DNA of 49,996 nt, filler included, from Bipalium vagum (Eukaryota), in the NCBI GenBank assembly GCA_037834085.1. It is 2 parts of 2 records of this genome, joined end to end, with 100 filler letters (N's around TTAATTAATTAA, not from the genome) between each part and the next. Parts side by side here need not be neighbours in the genome. Positions count along the whole stretch, not along the records: positions 27,631 to 49,996 come from JBBMKC010222677.1; 1 more part is not named here. One strand, 5' to 3'. Position numbers and translations under genes: made by a program. A model generated the notes under the pieces. It did not search any database. It was given only the letters and a program-made list of their open reading frames with translations, and had not been told where the DNA came from. Positions 48,501-49,996 of this stretch are shown one piece after another; the first letter of the stretch is position 1, and every line of letters starts with the position of its first letter.

Positions 48501-49594
48501 ATCCAAAAGGACTCTTGTTAAAAGATCCGGAATAGAATAGAAAGTATTCCTATTCTAACTATGATGATGCACCACGTCACTACGACGTTATTCCCATTAA
48601 AAAATATAGAAACTTGAAATACACTATTGGAATATCGTATTCACAAGATCTTGGTTCTTTCCATTTATTCCTAAACCTCAAAAATTTAATTCATGGAATG
48701 CATTTCTCAACAAATTGTGAGGTCATGGTAGTTGAGTGAGAGGAGTATTTCGATAAATAACTTTAGGAATAACATTTTCCACTAGCTGAATCTTTGGATC
48801 ATCTGTAATGATCTTAAGAGATATAAGTCTGAAAAAAAAGTATTTTTTGTCAGGATAACAAATAGTTCAGTAAAATAATAAACATTTCCGAACTAAGATA
48901 TGTTCCCTATAATCAAAATTGGAAGGTTAGTGGACATGGATGCATTATTTTATAAATAATTTTATATTTATACGACTCTGATCAATTTAGGTTTTAATAT
49001 ATTATTGTCCATTAGGAAACTGTCAGATTTGCAACCAGAAGGTTGTATTGAAGAATTTGGTAAAGAAATTCTGCGAATATTCTCTAAGTAATATTAATTA
49101 ACATAATAAAACAATAATGAAATTGATACCATATAGCAATAAAAGCAAAGATTTCAAACATTTTTCAAAAACCCAATGGAGCGATTTCAATTCGACTGAG
49201 ACCTAAAAGCAAAATCATCTTCAGTTCCCAACCCATTAAAACGTCTTTGACAAATTTAATCACCGAGGTCCAGTGTAAATGTCCAGTTCTGCAAGGCTCA
49301 GAACCCGTCAATCGTGGAAAGTGGCTACTTGTCGGCGACATTGAAAACGGTCAGTTTGTTGTCAAATTTCTTTCAAAGTGGCAACGGAAGCGCAAAAAGT
49401 TTCTCTATCTCTTTCGATTGCTGCAGTCCAACCCGGAGAAACATTGTAAAAATCAGAGGAGTTTGCTGAAGTTGATAAAAACGTACGTGAAGCGTTCCGA
49501 ATCGGGAGGTCGATATATTATGAAAAAAAACAAAAGACAAATCGACCATTCGATTGGTGGCAATCGATTTTATTTTACTGGGGAAACCAGTTGA
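39565..49594 (+). CDS. SFRP: Secreted frizzled-related protein (sFRP1/2/5-like), 332 aa, 3 exons
   Basis: Exons 39565-40033, 49016-49087 and 49137-49594 (both introns phase 1, GT-AG). Signal peptide, a frizzled CRD with all 10 Cys (LLCSIYAPIC, PCQELC, YGFEWP, CAKFP) and a netrin/NTR module (CQIC...FCEY...CKCPVL). The 9-kb join spans an N gap. Confidence 0.88.
42095..42256. other. Assembly gap (162 N) within sFRP intron 1
   Basis: N run without a linker. Confidence 0.98.
44215..44440. mobile_element. MITE, degraded copy
   Basis: Colinear similarity to 45144-45392 (GAAATATTTAATCCTCTTTTTCAAAATACTTAA...). Confidence 0.75.
45144..45392. mobile_element. Tc1/mariner-type MITE, ~250 bp with ~46-bp TIRs
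   Basis: CAGGGTTATCCGAAATATTTAATCCTCTTTTTCAAA...TTTGAAAAAGAGGATTAAATATTTTGGAAACCCTG, followed by TA. Confidence 0.85.
47960..48890 (+). mobile_element. mariner relic (irritans/Himar-like) in sFRP intron 1
   Basis: IGRPK, ILTEDLDLRKLCA, YNPESKEQ, LLIDYLQNGNTISEAYY, DDAPRH and YSQDL fragments. Confidence 0.8.
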
Positions 49595-49996
49595 ATAGGA
49601 AGACCGTTGCCAAAACGGTTCAGTAAATTTATGATTACCTCGACATGGTTTATAAATATGTTTTAATTTTTGTGCTTCATCCGATCTGTGCAAACGATTT
49701 TGAGATTATTTGTATATTTTGGTGTATTTCATTTGATAAATTAAATTAATTCTGACTTCGTTCTTAAAGTTTTTCTTTATTATTTTGTGTCACGCATCTC
49801 AGACTAAAGGTAAACAAAAATATCATTTTCAAAGGTGACTTTTTTTATTGAACTACCCTCTAAATTATAGGTCACGACCTTTAACGAACAGAGTAACTAT
49901 TAGGAAGCATTTCAACTTTATATATACAGTCTGTTAAGAAAAAAACGCAACACTAACAAATTTTAAATTTTATGGCTAGATATTTTGAATTAAAAT

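Noticed and set aside
1-49996. CRISPR arrays, tRNA, rRNA, snRNA or prokaryotic operons
   Set aside because: No regularly spaced repeats, cloverleafs or conserved RNA motifs were seen; the sequence is intron-containing eukaryotic DNA. A covariance-model scan would be needed to exclude divergent ncRNAs.

Overview
AT-rich metazoan (invertebrate) genomic DNA with spliceosomal introns, not prokaryotic. It is two separate contigs joined at 27531-27630 by an artificial N44-TTAATTAATTAA-N44 spacer. The left contig holds four things: a fully reconstructable 6-exon arfaptin gene; a three-copy family of secreted PAN/apple-domain proteins with an unassigned C-terminal domain (one intact, two decayed); two small secreted Cys-rich genes (one pacifastin-like, one orphan); and an intronless gene whose N-terminus aligns without gaps to the IER2/IER5 (SERTA-like) domain. 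That last gene sits behind a complete immediate-early-type promoter (Inr, TATA at -30, two CCAAT boxes, a perfect CRE and a MEF2 site) plus a distal MEF2/AP-1/half-CRE cluster, and is the most interesting signal in the window. The right contig holds a 3-exon sFRP1/2/5-like Wnt modulator with a ~9 kb first intron and a 299-aa orphan ORF. Intergenic and intronic space is dense with decayed transposons: at least 10 mariner relics (one nested inside another), pogo/Tigger, a DD37E-like Tc1 relative, Ty3/gypsy pol/gag pieces and LTRs, an RLE-type non-LTR 3' end, and MITEs. Most introns are only 41-61 bp. All homology calls come from visual motif recognition, not database searches.
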